From contig JACOXI010000006.1 of NCBI GenBank assembly GCA_016176335.1, positions 12,788 to 76,787 on the forward strand: DNA of 64,000 nt, given 5' to 3'. The position numbers and the translations under genes were made by a program. Shown in pieces: positions 39,785-48,823 of the stretch; positions within the stretch are counted from its first letter, which is position 1, and every line of letters begins with the position of its first letter. This stretch comes from Candidatus Daviesbacteria bacterium. Its GTDB lineage: Bacteria > Patescibacteriota > Microgenomatia > Daviesbacterales > UBA10151. A model generated the notes under the pieces. It was given only the letters and a program-made list of their open reading frames with translations. It did no database searches and was not told the origin of the DNA.

Positions 39785-40777
39785 TTAGCTTTTTCCTTTC
39801 TTTAGTAATTTCTTAGCCATTTTGTCAAAATCGGAGATATATTTTTTATCTTCTATTCTTTTATATTCCACAAATTCCCCGTCAGCCTTACCCTGCGCTT
39901 GTTCCATACTTACCTTGCCGGCATTTTTCAATATACCTTTACCCATCAACGTAAGGTACTCATCAAGCTTCTTGACCCAGCCTTTCATTGTCATCGCTTT
40001 CTCGTTTATTGCTTGAATTTCAGCAAAAGAAAGATAGGCATCAATAATACGATTAAGCATTTGCAGCTCTTCTTCATAAAGATAATTTTTTGCGATATAG
40101 ATATCTCTTTCAATCGGATGGTGACCTGGAAAGTTTGTCAGACCAAGATTCTTTTTATTTTTATTAACCCGTTCCACTATAATTTCGGCCGCTGTTTTAC
40201 CTGTTACCGCGTAATGCATCTTGTTTTGCACGGTTTTGAAAAAAAGATCAGTCTCTTTAGCATTTTTGCGATAGTCAATAGATGTTGCATAAATATCCGT
40301 TACTTTTTGATATAACATCCGTTCACTGCTGCGAATATCACGAATTCTCTGTAACAACTCTTCAAAATATCGGGATTTGCGCCCTCCTTGCTTAAGACGT
40401 ACATCATCAAGAGTAAAACCTTTTACTATGTATTCTTTCAATCGTTCTGTTGCCCATATCCGAAATTGTGTACCCCGGACAGAATTTACTCTATACCCAA
40501 CTGAAATGATTAAATCTAAATTATAGTGTGCTACTTGGTATGTACGGCCATCAGATAGATGTTGTGCAAATTTTGCACTAGTTATAGTTTGATCTAGTTC
40601 CTTGGTTTGATAAATATTTTTAATGTGCTTTGTAATACCGGTTCTGTCTGTTTGAAATAGATTTGCCATCTGATCCTGCGTCAACCAGGCTGTTTCATCT
40701 TCAAAATGAACATCAACGGAAATTATGCCATCCTCTGATTTATAAATAATTACCTGATCTTCACTTATCTTTTTCAT
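39785..40777 (-). CDS. Virulence RhuM family protein
   Basis: WLTQ..MA.LF, YNLD.IISVGYRVNS.RGTQFR.WAT, RIRDIRSSE, VQNKMH, AKNYL. Confidence 0.92.
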   Translation of the reverse strand: MKKISEDQVIIYKSEDGIISVDVHFEDETAWLTQDQMANLFQTDRTGITKHIKNIYQTKELDQTITSAKFAQHLSDGRTYQVAHYNLDLIISVGYRVNSVRGTQFRIWATERLKEYIVKGFTLDDVRLKQGGRKSRYFEELLQRIRDIRSSERMLYQKVTDIYATSIDYRKNAKETDLFFKTVQNKMHYAVTGKTAAEIIVERVNKNKKNLGLTNFPGHHPIERDIYIAKNYLYEEELQMLNRIIDAYLSFAEIQAINEKAMTMKGWVKKLDEYLTLMGKGILKNAGKVSMEQAQGKADGEFVEYKRIEDKKYISDFDKMAKKLLKKGKS

Positions 40778-40826
40778 AGTTTTACCTTTCTTAAATTCTC
40801 TAAAATTTCTTTTTCTAATTTTCGCC

Positions 40827-40855
40827 TTTTCTTCCCATATTAAACCATACTTTAA
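40827..40855. repeat. Direct repeat copy 2 flanking the RhuM-family gene
   Basis: TTTTCTTCCCATATTAAACCATACTTTAA; identical to copy 1 except for one C. Confidence 0.85.
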
Positions 40856-40874
40856 ATTTAGGGTCTACTCCTTC

Positions 40875-40896
40875 GTCCTTCGATTACACTCAGGAC
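40875..40896. repeat. REP-like hairpin
   Basis: GTCCT-TCGATTACACTC-AGGAC. Confidence 0.7.
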
Positions 40897-40970
40897 TTTG
40901 GAAGTACAAGTAGGGACTGGGGTTTAGGGTATAGTCGGAAACAAAAATAATTAACGGATTCTGTGGATTA

Positions 40971-41240
40971 CTACTGGTAATCTTTTCTGTCTACTATTCT
41001 TCCGTCTGAATCATGAACGAATACTGCTGTTCCAAGATTTTTTGCAATTGACTCGGCATATTTTGCCGCTTCTTGTTGTGTATTAAATGATTGGCTCATT
41101 TTCTCTGACAATAAACTTTTTACAATCCACCCATTTTCTCGCGGAAGAACATGCTGATCTTTTTTTCCTTTTTCAACAGCTTCTTTATACGCAAGAATGG
41201 TTGGATTGTCCTGATCGGTTTTATACGGTATTTTTTTCAT
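40971..41240 (-). CDS. DUF2188-like protein
   Basis: QHVLPRENGWIVK...FNTQQEA...A..IA......VH..DGRI. Confidence 0.8.
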   Translation of the reverse strand: MKKIPYKTDQDNPTILAYKEAVEKGKKDQHVLPRENGWIVKSLLSEKMSQSFNTQQEAAKYAESIAKNLGTAVFVHDSDGRIVDRKDYQ

Positions 41241-41245
41241 AATAG

Positions 41246-41849
41246 TTATTCCTTTATGGACGCTATATACGAAATTATATCACCTTCAGTCAATTGTTTG
41301 CCAGATAAATAATCGATTAATTTTTGTCTATTATCAAATTCTATATGGACAAATTGTAATTTTTCATCTGAGGTATATGAGCTTTCCACAATATTAATTT
41401 TAACCATAGGATATTTACGTTACCCATAACAGTGTTCTTCTTGATCCTGCATGTGTCATGTAAAAATGAGCATCGCTAAACTTTCTATCTCTGTTTAGAA
41501 AAGCAATAAAAGCTCGCTTTAGATCATCAGGTATTACTGCATAAATAATAGGTTTCTTTTTTGCTTTTAAAATCTTTTTAAGTTTTATCCCGGCACCTTC
41601 CTCTGTAGATAAAGTGGCATCTAAAATGATGCAGTGCTTGCGATTTAGCTGTGTTACCAAAAATTCTGTTTTTCCAGATGCGGTTCCTCCACATAATAAG
41701 ATTACCTCTTTAAAGGGGTTTTCTTTTAGGGCTTTTTCAAAATTCTTATCAGCTAATCTAGCAGATTCACGATGAAAGAATTCCGCTTTTTCAGGAGAAT
41801 AGTTTGGTAGCTTTTTCTTGATTTCGTCTGCCGAGATAACTAGAGGCAT
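41246..41849 (-). pseudogene. Zeta-toxin-like P-loop kinase with permuted motifs, frameshifted near 41417
   Basis: ISADEIK/H.ES precede GGTASGKT; the frame continues in +1 as KYPMVKINIVESS...IKE* ending 5 nt before the next ATG. Confidence 0.65.
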
Positions 41850-41912
41850 ATCTTTTTTTCTACATATTGAAACACAGTTATACTTTTAAATTCTACCAGG
41901 GTAATCTTAGCA

Positions 41913-41958
41913 TGGTTCGATTACACTCACCACAGGTACTTCGATTATACTCAGTGCC
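41913..41958. repeat. Two REP-like hairpins
   Basis: TGGT-TCGATTACACTC-ACCA and GGTACT-TCGATTATACTC-AGTGCC. Confidence 0.7.
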
Positions 41959-42001
41959 ATGGCAAAAATGAGGAGAGTTAGATAGCGAAAGTAGGAGGGA
42001 T

Positions 42002-42676
42002 TTATCCTGCCTTCCGCAAGGATGAAATCGCAGCAAGAAAATGTGCAGCTTTGTACAGTCTGTCAGGGTTTTCAACAGACCCTCTCTGTAAGACTGCTTG
42101 TCTTACTATAGCCTCAACTATCCCGATAGTACCCCAGACAGTTTCCGGTGTAATATTATATTTCCAGAAAGAAGGATGTAACATAAGACCTGTATCATCG
42201 TCTGCAGGAGTAATACCTAAATAATAGAAATTAACGGTTTCTGCTTGAGCAAGATTTCTTAAGGTCATTGCAAAAGCTAAAGCTACTGACAGACTAAATC
42301 CATAGTTAGGTTCCACCATCGCCCTAGACGGGAATAAACCATTGATAAATCGTGTTGCTTCATCTTCAGTGGAAATTCCTACCTTCCGAAGAAACCTGGT
42401 AGGATCAATTTTACCCGACTTGTAACTATCCATTTGAAATAATAGTCTAAATCCTTGTCTGGCCTTATCAAACATTCCAAATAAATCATTTGCACCTGCT
42501 CTGCCTCCAACAGGTATTGTTGTTACAGGGATATTTAGGCCTGCTAGATTTAATCTATCAACAACTCTTAGCATTCCATCAATAGCTACTCTGGATACAA
42601 AATTCAATCCACCTGCAAAAGTAGGTGTCTCGGGCATACCTTCCCGGTAAACTTCCAGTTCAAGATTGTTAGACAT
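42002..42676 (-). CDS. Hypothetical protein
   Basis: 224-aa ORF with its own TTGACA-17-TACTAT promoter; no recognised motif. Confidence 0.7.
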   Translation of the reverse strand: MSNNLELEVYREGMPETPTFAGGLNFVSRVAIDGMLRVVDRLNLAGLNIPVTTIPVGGRAGANDLFGMFDKARQGFRLLFQMDSYKSGKIDPTRFLRKVGISTEDEATRFINGLFPSRAMVEPNYGFSLSVALAFAMTLRNLAQAETVNFYYLGITPADDDTGLMLHPSFWKYNITPETVWGTIGIVEAIVRQAVLQRGSVENPDRLYKAAHFLAAISSLRKAG

Positions 42677-42695
42677 AATGGGTTTATAGTATAGA

Positions 42696-42711
42696 ACACA
42701 ATATATTGTGT
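42696..42711. promoter_or_regulatory. Perfect 16-bp palindrome (putative operator)
   Basis: ACACAATATATTGTGT between divergent promoters. Confidence 0.65.
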
Positions 42712-42741
42712 CAAGTATTTCTTATCTGTATAATTCATCAA

Positions 42742-43977
42742 ATGAAAGAAATTTTAAAACAATCATCCTGGCTTTTCACAGCACAATTGCTCACCAGAAT
42801 CATCAGTTTTTTTTATACAATCTATCTTGCCAGAATTTTAGGGGTGTCGGAGTTTGGTCTTTTAACTGTGGCTCTTGCCTACTTTTCCATTATTTCATCA
42901 GTGTCCGACCTTGGTTTTAATAGATTTCTCATCCGGGAAATTGCCAGAGGTAAAATAAAAATCCAAGAGCTCATCTGGAACATTGCGATGTTGCGGTTGA
43001 CTCTGACATCAGTCTTGTTTGCTGTCTTTTCAATATTTCTCTATATCCTCGATCCGGATAAAATGAGAGTGAGTTTAATTCTTTTGGCCACCCTTGCCAT
43101 CTTGCCTCAATCAATAGCTTTAACCTTTGATGCTGTATTTGTGGGACTTAGAAAATTACAATTTTCCGCAATATCTCTACTTCTGTCCGGTTTGGCTACA
43201 GTGGCAATAGGTATTTTTTTAGTTAGTAGGGGACTGGGTCCTACTGGTGCTATCAATGCCATAATTTTTGGACAACTGGTTTATGTCTTGGTTCTTTTCT
43301 TCTTTTTCTTGAAGCACGAAGGTGTCACTTTGCAATCGATAAAATTGCCGATATTAAAACAAACAATTACCGGTTCCTTACCATACGGGTTGCTGGGAAT
43401 AATGGGACTGCTGTATTTTAAGGTGGATGCTATTATTTTGTCTTATTTTAGGGGCAGTTTTGAAACAGGTATTTACGGGGCGGCCTACAGGTTTTTAGAG
43501 GCAGCCACTTTTATTCCCTACGCCTTCTTTGCCTCATTGTTTCCGGTTTTGGCAAAAGCTCATGACTTATCTCCGGCTTCGGTTAAACAATTGTATTTTA
43601 AATCATTGAAAATAATGGCGCTCCTAGGTTTTATTTTGGCAGCGGCTTACTTTTTTATACTCCCGCAAGTGATTTATATTTTTTTACCGGACTATCTTTT
43701 GTCAGTTGGGGCCATCAAGATTTTAGCCTTTTCCATTCCCTTCATGTTTCTTCACACTCCGGCAGTGGCAGTCCTTTTTTCTACTGATAAATATTTAAAA
43801 AAAGTGTTACTTTTTTCAGCTGTAATTTTGGGCTTTAATATAGTAGTAAACCTGATATTTATTCCCCGGTATGGTTTTTTGGCCGCATCCTGGATCACTG
43901 TTATATCAGAGGCGCTGTCATTTATAGTCTTTTTTCTGTTTACTCAATTTCAAATTCTTCAAAGAAAACATCAATGA
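42742..43977 (+). CDS. Wzx-type polysaccharide flippase
   Basis: LARILG..EFG, DLG, D.IILS, GIYGAAYR, LIFIPRYG..AAS; about 12 TM. Confidence 0.88.
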   Translation: MKEILKQSSWLFTAQLLTRIISFFYTIYLARILGVSEFGLLTVALAYFSIISSVSDLGFNRFLIREIARGKIKIQELIWNIAMLRLTLTSVLFAVFSIFLYILDPDKMRVSLILLATLAILPQSIALTFDAVFVGLRKLQFSAISLLLSGLATVAIGIFLVSRGLGPTGAINAIIFGQLVYVLVLFFFFLKHEGVTLQSIKLPILKQTITGSLPYGLLGIMGLLYFKVDAIILSYFRGSFETGIYGAAYRFLEAATFIPYAFFASLFPVLAKAHDLSPASVKQLYFKSLKIMALLGFILAAAYFFILPQVIYIFLPDYLLSVGAIKILAFSIPFMFLHTPAVAVLFSTDKYLKKVLLFSAVILGFNIVVNLIFIPRYGFLAASWITVISEALSFIVFFLFTQFQILQRKHQ

Positions 43978-44660
43978 CTGTTTACGAAAAGATTTTTAAA
44001 AAACACGGATTATCTATTACCCAACAGGAGATTCTGGATTTGGTAGGTCGCGAAAAAACCGTATTGGAAATAGGGCCGTCCGCAGGTTATATGACTGATA
44101 TTTTTTTAAAAAACGGTTGCGTGATAGATGTAGTGGAAACCGACAACAATGCCTTTGTTAAAATACCAAAGTTAGTTAGAAAAGCTTTACATTACTCGAT
44201 AGATGATCAAAATATTCAAAAATTTCTGGGCAGAGATTATGATTTTATTATCATGGCAGATGTGTTGGAACATTTGGTTGATCCGGAAAAATCATTGAGG
44301 GTTCTTTCTAAAATTGCCTTAAATAAAACCAAACTGATTGTCTCTTTGCCTAATATTGCCTGTTGGGCCATGAGAAAACAACTTTTTTTAAGAGGTGATT
44401 TCGAATATCAAAGCAGTGGCCTGTTGGATAAAACTCACCTCCATTTTTATACCCCTAAATCGCTGCCGAAAACCCTTTCGGAAAACAACTGGAAAGTGGA
44501 AAAAATGATCGGGACAATAACACGTCTGCCGTTTGACCACAGCATAAGCAGATGGCCGATTTTGGGATGGCTATATAAAAAAGTTATCCGCTCCAAATTG
44601 GTAGAAAGATTTAAAAATTTGTCATATTATCATTTTTTGGTAATTGCCTCAAAAAGATGA
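43974..44660 (+). CDS. Class I SAM-dependent methyltransferase (glycan-associated)
   Basis: VLEIGPSAG, DVLEHL.DP, SLPN, GLLDKTHLHFY. Confidence 0.88.
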   Translation: MTVYEKIFKKHGLSITQQEILDLVGREKTVLEIGPSAGYMTDIFLKNGCVIDVVETDNNAFVKIPKLVRKALHYSIDDQNIQKFLGRDYDFIIMADVLEHLVDPEKSLRVLSKIALNKTKLIVSLPNIACWAMRKQLFLRGDFEYQSSGLLDKTHLHFYTPKSLPKTLSENNWKVEKMIGTITRLPFDHSISRWPILGWLYKKVIRSKLVERFKNLSYYHFLVIASKR

Positions 44661-45637
44661 ATAAGACTGGTGTTTGTGTAATTATTCCCAACTGGAACGG
44701 TCAGCAGTTACTGAAAGATTGCCTCAACTCATTAAAAAGTCAAACTTATAGAAAATTTCAGATAATAGTGGTTGATAACGCCTCTGTCGATGATTCGGTT
44801 CAATATGTCAAGAAGAATTTTCCCGAGGTGATTGTTATTGGACTTGACAAAAATTATGGTTTTGCAAAAGCCATCAACGAAGGAGTTAGAAACGCAAATT
44901 CCGATTATGCGGTTTTTTTAAACAATGATACATATGCGGACAAAAATTGGTTAAAAGAACTTATAGCGATGGCAGATATTCACCCGGAGGTGATTTCTGT
45001 AGGCTGCAAATTGTTAAATTATTACCGGCGCAAAATAATTGATGGAGTGGGGATTATGATTAATGAAGTAGGTCAGGCCAGGTCATTAGGTTATCAGGAG
45101 GAGGATCAAGGACAGTATGACAAAGTAAAGTACATTTTTGGAGCAACAGCAGGAGCTGCTCTATTCAAAAGATCAGCGTTTATAAAGTTAGGAATGTTTG
45201 ATGAAAATTTCTTTATGTATTCGGAGGAGGTGGATTTTGCATTCAGAGCCCAATTTTCAGGTTATAAATCCATATTTTGCCCTAAAGCTATTGTCTATCA
45301 TAAGCATAAAGCCAGCGCTGGAAAATTGCCGCAACTTATTGAGTACTGGCAGTTTAGGAATATGTATCAAACCATCATTAAAAACTTTCCCATCAGGGTA
45401 ATCTTTAGAAAATGGAGGTGGTTAAAAATAATTTTGGTATATTTCAATACCATCATTTATCAAATAAAACTGGGTTTCATCTTGCCGCCAATTTTGGTGA
45501 CAGTATATCTAATTGTCAATTTACCCAGATTAATTATGCAAAGATATAAAATTCAAAAAAGTAAGCAGGTTTCAGATCAATATATAGAAGGTTTCTTCCA
45601 ACAGAAGAAAATTACTTTTTGGGGACTGCGGAAATGA
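44657..45637 (+). CDS. GT2 family glycosyltransferase
   Basis: IIPNWNG, VVDNAS.D, NYGFA, LNND, FDENFFMYSEEVD. Confidence 0.92.
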   Translation: MNKTGVCVIIPNWNGQQLLKDCLNSLKSQTYRKFQIIVVDNASVDDSVQYVKKNFPEVIVIGLDKNYGFAKAINEGVRNANSDYAVFLNNDTYADKNWLKELIAMADIHPEVISVGCKLLNYYRRKIIDGVGIMINEVGQARSLGYQEEDQGQYDKVKYIFGATAGAALFKRSAFIKLGMFDENFFMYSEEVDFAFRAQFSGYKSIFCPKAIVYHKHKASAGKLPQLIEYWQFRNMYQTIIKNFPIRVIFRKWRWLKIILVYFNTIIYQIKLGFILPPILVTVYLIVNLPRLIMQRYKIQKSKQVSDQYIEGFFQQKKITFWGLRK

Positions 45638-46781
45638 GCATTATCCAGGAAAAAATCGGCGGGTAAAACAAGCTGTTGGAGAAAATACTGTGAATTAAAA
45701 GCCCCCCTATTGCCGCTCCCAAAACTAAATTTTTAGGATGTGAATACTTAACAAGACTGATCAGAAAAATTAAGTAAGCAGTCAAGCCAACTACGCCTGT
45801 TGTTGAAGCAACAAACAGTAAGCTGGAATCGTTACTGGAGGCGCCGTGACTTTTTAAAAATTGCTCATCTCCCAAATTAAATTGCTTTATTGCATAACGG
45901 TAAGTATTAAATCCCACTCCTAAAATTGGGAATTTTTGGAATAAGATTGCCCCCTGTTCCCAAGTATTGAAACGGAAGGATGCGGATTGTTCCCTGTCAA
46001 TATTTCTGGGACTTGCCACCAGTTGAACATAGATTTGAAATCCCAAAAGGAGGATTGAAAATAAAATAACAGTGATTAGAAAAAGCTTTGTTGATTTTTG
46101 AAAAACAGCCCATATTGTTCCGCTTACTAAAAACATCAGATAACTTGAACGGGAGAAGGTGGTTAAAAGAGCCACATACAAAATAACAAAAAATATATAA
46201 AAAATTCTGCCTCGGACAAGGTGGTAGCCAATAAGGTGTTCTTTGGCATAAATAAGAAGCAGCAGAGTTAAAACCAAGTAAGCCCCGGCAAAATTAGGGT
46301 CCAAAAATGTGGAAACTGTTCTAAAATAGTGCGGATCCCAACCCCAAGCAGTTAAAAATCTCAAATCCGGTAAAAATAAAAACTGAATAAGCCCTGCAAC
46401 CGCGAGGGTTAGACCGGACAATATCAAAATTTTTTGGATATCATTTTTGAGTGCGGGGAACGCACCGGAGAGCATGATCCAGCACAGTAAGGTATAAAAG
46501 GCAAATCTGACTGTGTAAAAAAAGCTAATTAGGATTTCTTCCGGACGTAGGTGAAGCGGGGTTAACATAAGAGACAATATGGCAATGACAATAAATACCA
46601 TGGCGCTTTTTAAAAATAGCGGGGGTTTTTTAAGCTTGAATTTAAGTTTGACAAGTCCCAGTAGACAAAATAATATGATTGCCAAATCCAAGACAGTTGC
46701 CCCGCCTTGACCGGCGATAGGCAGTTTAATTAATTGACCGCTGATAATTGCCAGTGCTAGTATCCAACTATAAATATCCAT
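45612..46781 (-). CDS. O-antigen ligase family membrane protein
   Basis: RTVSTFLDPN, TFSRSS, R...W, PILGVG. Confidence 0.82.
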   Translation of the reverse strand: MDIYSWILALAIISGQLIKLPIAGQGGATVLDLAIILFCLLGLVKLKFKLKKPPLFLKSAMVFIVIAILSLMLTPLHLRPEEILISFFYTVRFAFYTLLCWIMLSGAFPALKNDIQKILILSGLTLAVAGLIQFLFLPDLRFLTAWGWDPHYFRTVSTFLDPNFAGAYLVLTLLLLIYAKEHLIGYHLVRGRIFYIFFVILYVALLTTFSRSSYLMFLVSGTIWAVFQKSTKLFLITVILFSILLLGFQIYVQLVASPRNIDREQSASFRFNTWEQGAILFQKFPILGVGFNTYRYAIKQFNLGDEQFLKSHGASSNDSSLLFVASTTGVVGLTAYLIFLISLVKYSHPKNLVLGAAIGGLLIHSIFSNSLFYPPIFSWIMLISAVPKK

Positions 46782-46783
46782 AG

Positions 46784-47821
46784 ATGAAATTATATCCTAA
46801 TATAACTTATATTTTTATCATTTGGCTGGTCTCGGTTTTATTTATTGCTTATTTTGGTTTTTCCGTCCTACCGCATTCGGGCAAATTTAGTGATAATTTT
46901 TTCCAGAGTTTTGCTAATTGGGATGGGGGACATTATTTGGGAATTGCCCAATTTGGTTACAGTGAAAAATTCCAGTATGCTTTTTTTCCTCTTTACCCCC
47001 TATTAATCAAGGGAGTCAACTTAATTTTACAAAATTATTTATTAAGTGGAGTATTAATTAGCATTTTATCTGCTTTTTTTGCTTTACATCTATTGTACAA
47101 ATTAGTGGCAGATGACTTTGATAAAAAAGTGGCAGAGAAAGTAATTTTATTATTGCTGTTTTTCCCCACCTCATTTTATTTTCTGACAGTATATTCGGAA
47201 GGATTATTCCTCTTAATGGTGGTGGCTGCCTTTTATTTTTTACGGCAGAAAAGATTACTGCTGGCCACTGGTCTGGCTGCTTTAGCCTCTGCCACGAGGC
47301 TTTCGGGTTTGGCAATAGTTGCGGCTTTGGTAGTGGAGGTACTCTTGAAAGAGGGACTAAATCGGAAAAATTGGTATATCATGCTCTCTCCCTTGGGATT
47401 TATCATCTACAGTTGGTATTTGTGGGGGCAAACAGGCGATCCATTTTACTTTATCAGCGCCCAAAGCTATTGGCACAATTTTATAAGTCTTCCAGGGTTA
47501 AATTTTTTTTGGACTTTGGGAAGTTTGACCCCTAATAAATTTTTGGATCTGGTCTTTGCCGCTTTTGGTTTGGGAATGGCCATGCGGGCTGTGAGATTTT
47601 TACCGCTTCCGTATTCTGTTTACGCTTTCGTCTCGCTGCTAATACCGCTTTTTACCGCCTCTTTAACTTCCATGCCGAGATTCTTATCAGTTGTTTTTCC
47701 GATATTTATACTTTTGGCATTAATGAAAAATAAGTACCTGATTTTGACTTATCAGATGATTTGTTTGATGCTGCTTTCTTTATTTATTGTGCTTTTTGTC
47801 AACGGTTACTGGATTAGTTAG
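46784..47821 (+). CDS. PIG-V/PimE-like GT-C mannosyltransferase
   Basis: WDGGHYL.IA..GY, AFFPLYP, YSEGLF, ATRLSG, SMPRF. Confidence 0.85.
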   Translation: MKLYPNITYIFIIWLVSVLFIAYFGFSVLPHSGKFSDNFFQSFANWDGGHYLGIAQFGYSEKFQYAFFPLYPLLIKGVNLILQNYLLSGVLISILSAFFALHLLYKLVADDFDKKVAEKVILLLLFFPTSFYFLTVYSEGLFLLMVVAAFYFLRQKRLLLATGLAALASATRLSGLAIVAALVVEVLLKEGLNRKNWYIMLSPLGFIIYSWYLWGQTGDPFYFISAQSYWHNFISLPGLNFFWTLGSLTPNKFLDLVFAAFGLGMAMRAVRFLPLPYSVYAFVSLLIPLFTASLTSMPRFLSVVFPIFILLALMKNKYLILTYQMICLMLLSLFIVLFVNGYWIS

Positions 47822-48552
47822 GGAGTGAATATGACTTTGCGGGAGATTTCCGAAAAATTGGCAGAGGAGTCATAAGCTTTTATAGTAAAATTATTTTCCC
47901 CGTCATTTAAGGTCCGCTCGGATGAAAAATTACCTTCCTTATCCACGATAATCTGATTTCCGTTGATGTATATTTGTGATTTAGGTTCAGTCTTGCCCGC
48001 AATCTTTATCTTCCTTTCTCCTTGAATAGTTTTACCATCCAGCGGTTCAGATACCTCCAATAAGGGTTTTTCATTGTCAAAAATAACTTTTATTGTTTTT
48101 GACGGAAGGCTCATCTGGCCGTTCTCATCCAAGGTTTTGCCGTAGATGTTGTTAACCCCCAAGCCCAGTTGGATATTTTGGAAAGTGAATGAGCCGTCGG
48201 ATGAGCTTTTCTCTGTCTGCTTCTCTTCATCGTCTAAAAAAAGCTTAACTTTGGATTCCGGTGTGGCATAACCTTGGATGTTAATTTGAGCAGTATTTGT
48301 TGCTTCGTATGGGATATTAAAAATTGGAGGTGCCAATGATACGGTTGTATCTTTGAGATCAACTTTTTTAATTGGTGGAGTTATGAATTCTTTGATTGAG
48401 CCCAAAACTCTGATGAAGTTGGGAAGAATCCAAATAAGTGCAACATAAGTAAAGATTAACACCAAAAAAAGACTTATTATAAAATTTCTTTTGTTTCTTC
48501 TGGCAATTCTTCTGACTGCCCTGCGGTTGTATCTGTAAGATCTGTGTGCCAT
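47818..48552 (-). CDS. Membrane-anchored protein with two Ig-like domains
   Basis: TM helix followed by I.G...P....I...G.F...L..G.N repeats. Confidence 0.78.
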   Translation of the reverse strand: MAHRSYRYNRRAVRRIARRNKRNFIISLFLVLIFTYVALIWILPNFIRVLGSIKEFITPPIKKVDLKDTTVSLAPPIFNIPYEATNTAQINIQGYATPESKVKLFLDDEEKQTEKSSSDGSFTFQNIQLGLGVNNIYGKTLDENGQMSLPSKTIKVIFDNEKPLLEVSEPLDGKTIQGERKIKIAGKTEPKSQIYINGNQIIVDKEGNFSSERTLNDGENNFTIKAYDSSANFSEISRKVIFTP

Positions 48553-48649
48553 GCCTTTGAGATGATTCTACGTTTTACGCGAGTAAAAGGCAAGGTTCTG
48601 CGCAGCAGGTTCTTAACATGTTTGTTAATTTGATAGAATATGAAAGGTT

Positions 48650-48720
48650 GCGGGATTTGTATAGTGGTAATACGCTACCTTCCCAAGGTAGAGCCGCCAG
48701 TCCGATTCTGGTATCCCGCT
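48650..48720 (+). tRNA. tRNA-Gly(CCC)
   Basis: GCGGGAT/ATCCCGC acceptor stem, CTACC-TTCCCAA-GGTAG; T-loop TCCGATT. Confidence 0.9.
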
Positions 48721-48748
48721 CATTAGTTCAGGCCGACTTCAGACATAA

Positions 48749-48823
48749 GCCGACTTAGCTCAGAGGTAGAGCAGCTGTTTCGTAAACAGCAGGTCACTGG
48801 TTCGATTCCAGTAGTCGGCTCCA
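48749..48823 (+). tRNA. tRNA-Thr(CGT)
   Basis: GCCGACT/AGTCGGC, GCTGT-TTCGTAA-ACAGC, GGTTCGATTCC, encoded CCA. Confidence 0.95.

Larger units (their letters stand above)
34740..42700 (-). mobile_element. tRNA-Val-anchored accessory/defence island (no integrase seen)
   Basis: Twelve same-strand accessory genes (nucleases, MTase, two LexA, RhuM, kinase) plus an hsdM-like relic directly 3' of a tRNA; boundaries approximate. Confidence 0.6.

Noticed and set aside
41893-42075. 60-aa minus-strand ORF
   Set aside because: Overlaps the neighbouring gene end and the REP-like hairpins
34700-42700. attL/attR duplication of the tRNA-Val 3' end, or a prophage
   Set aside because: No second copy found by eye; no integrase or phage structural genes
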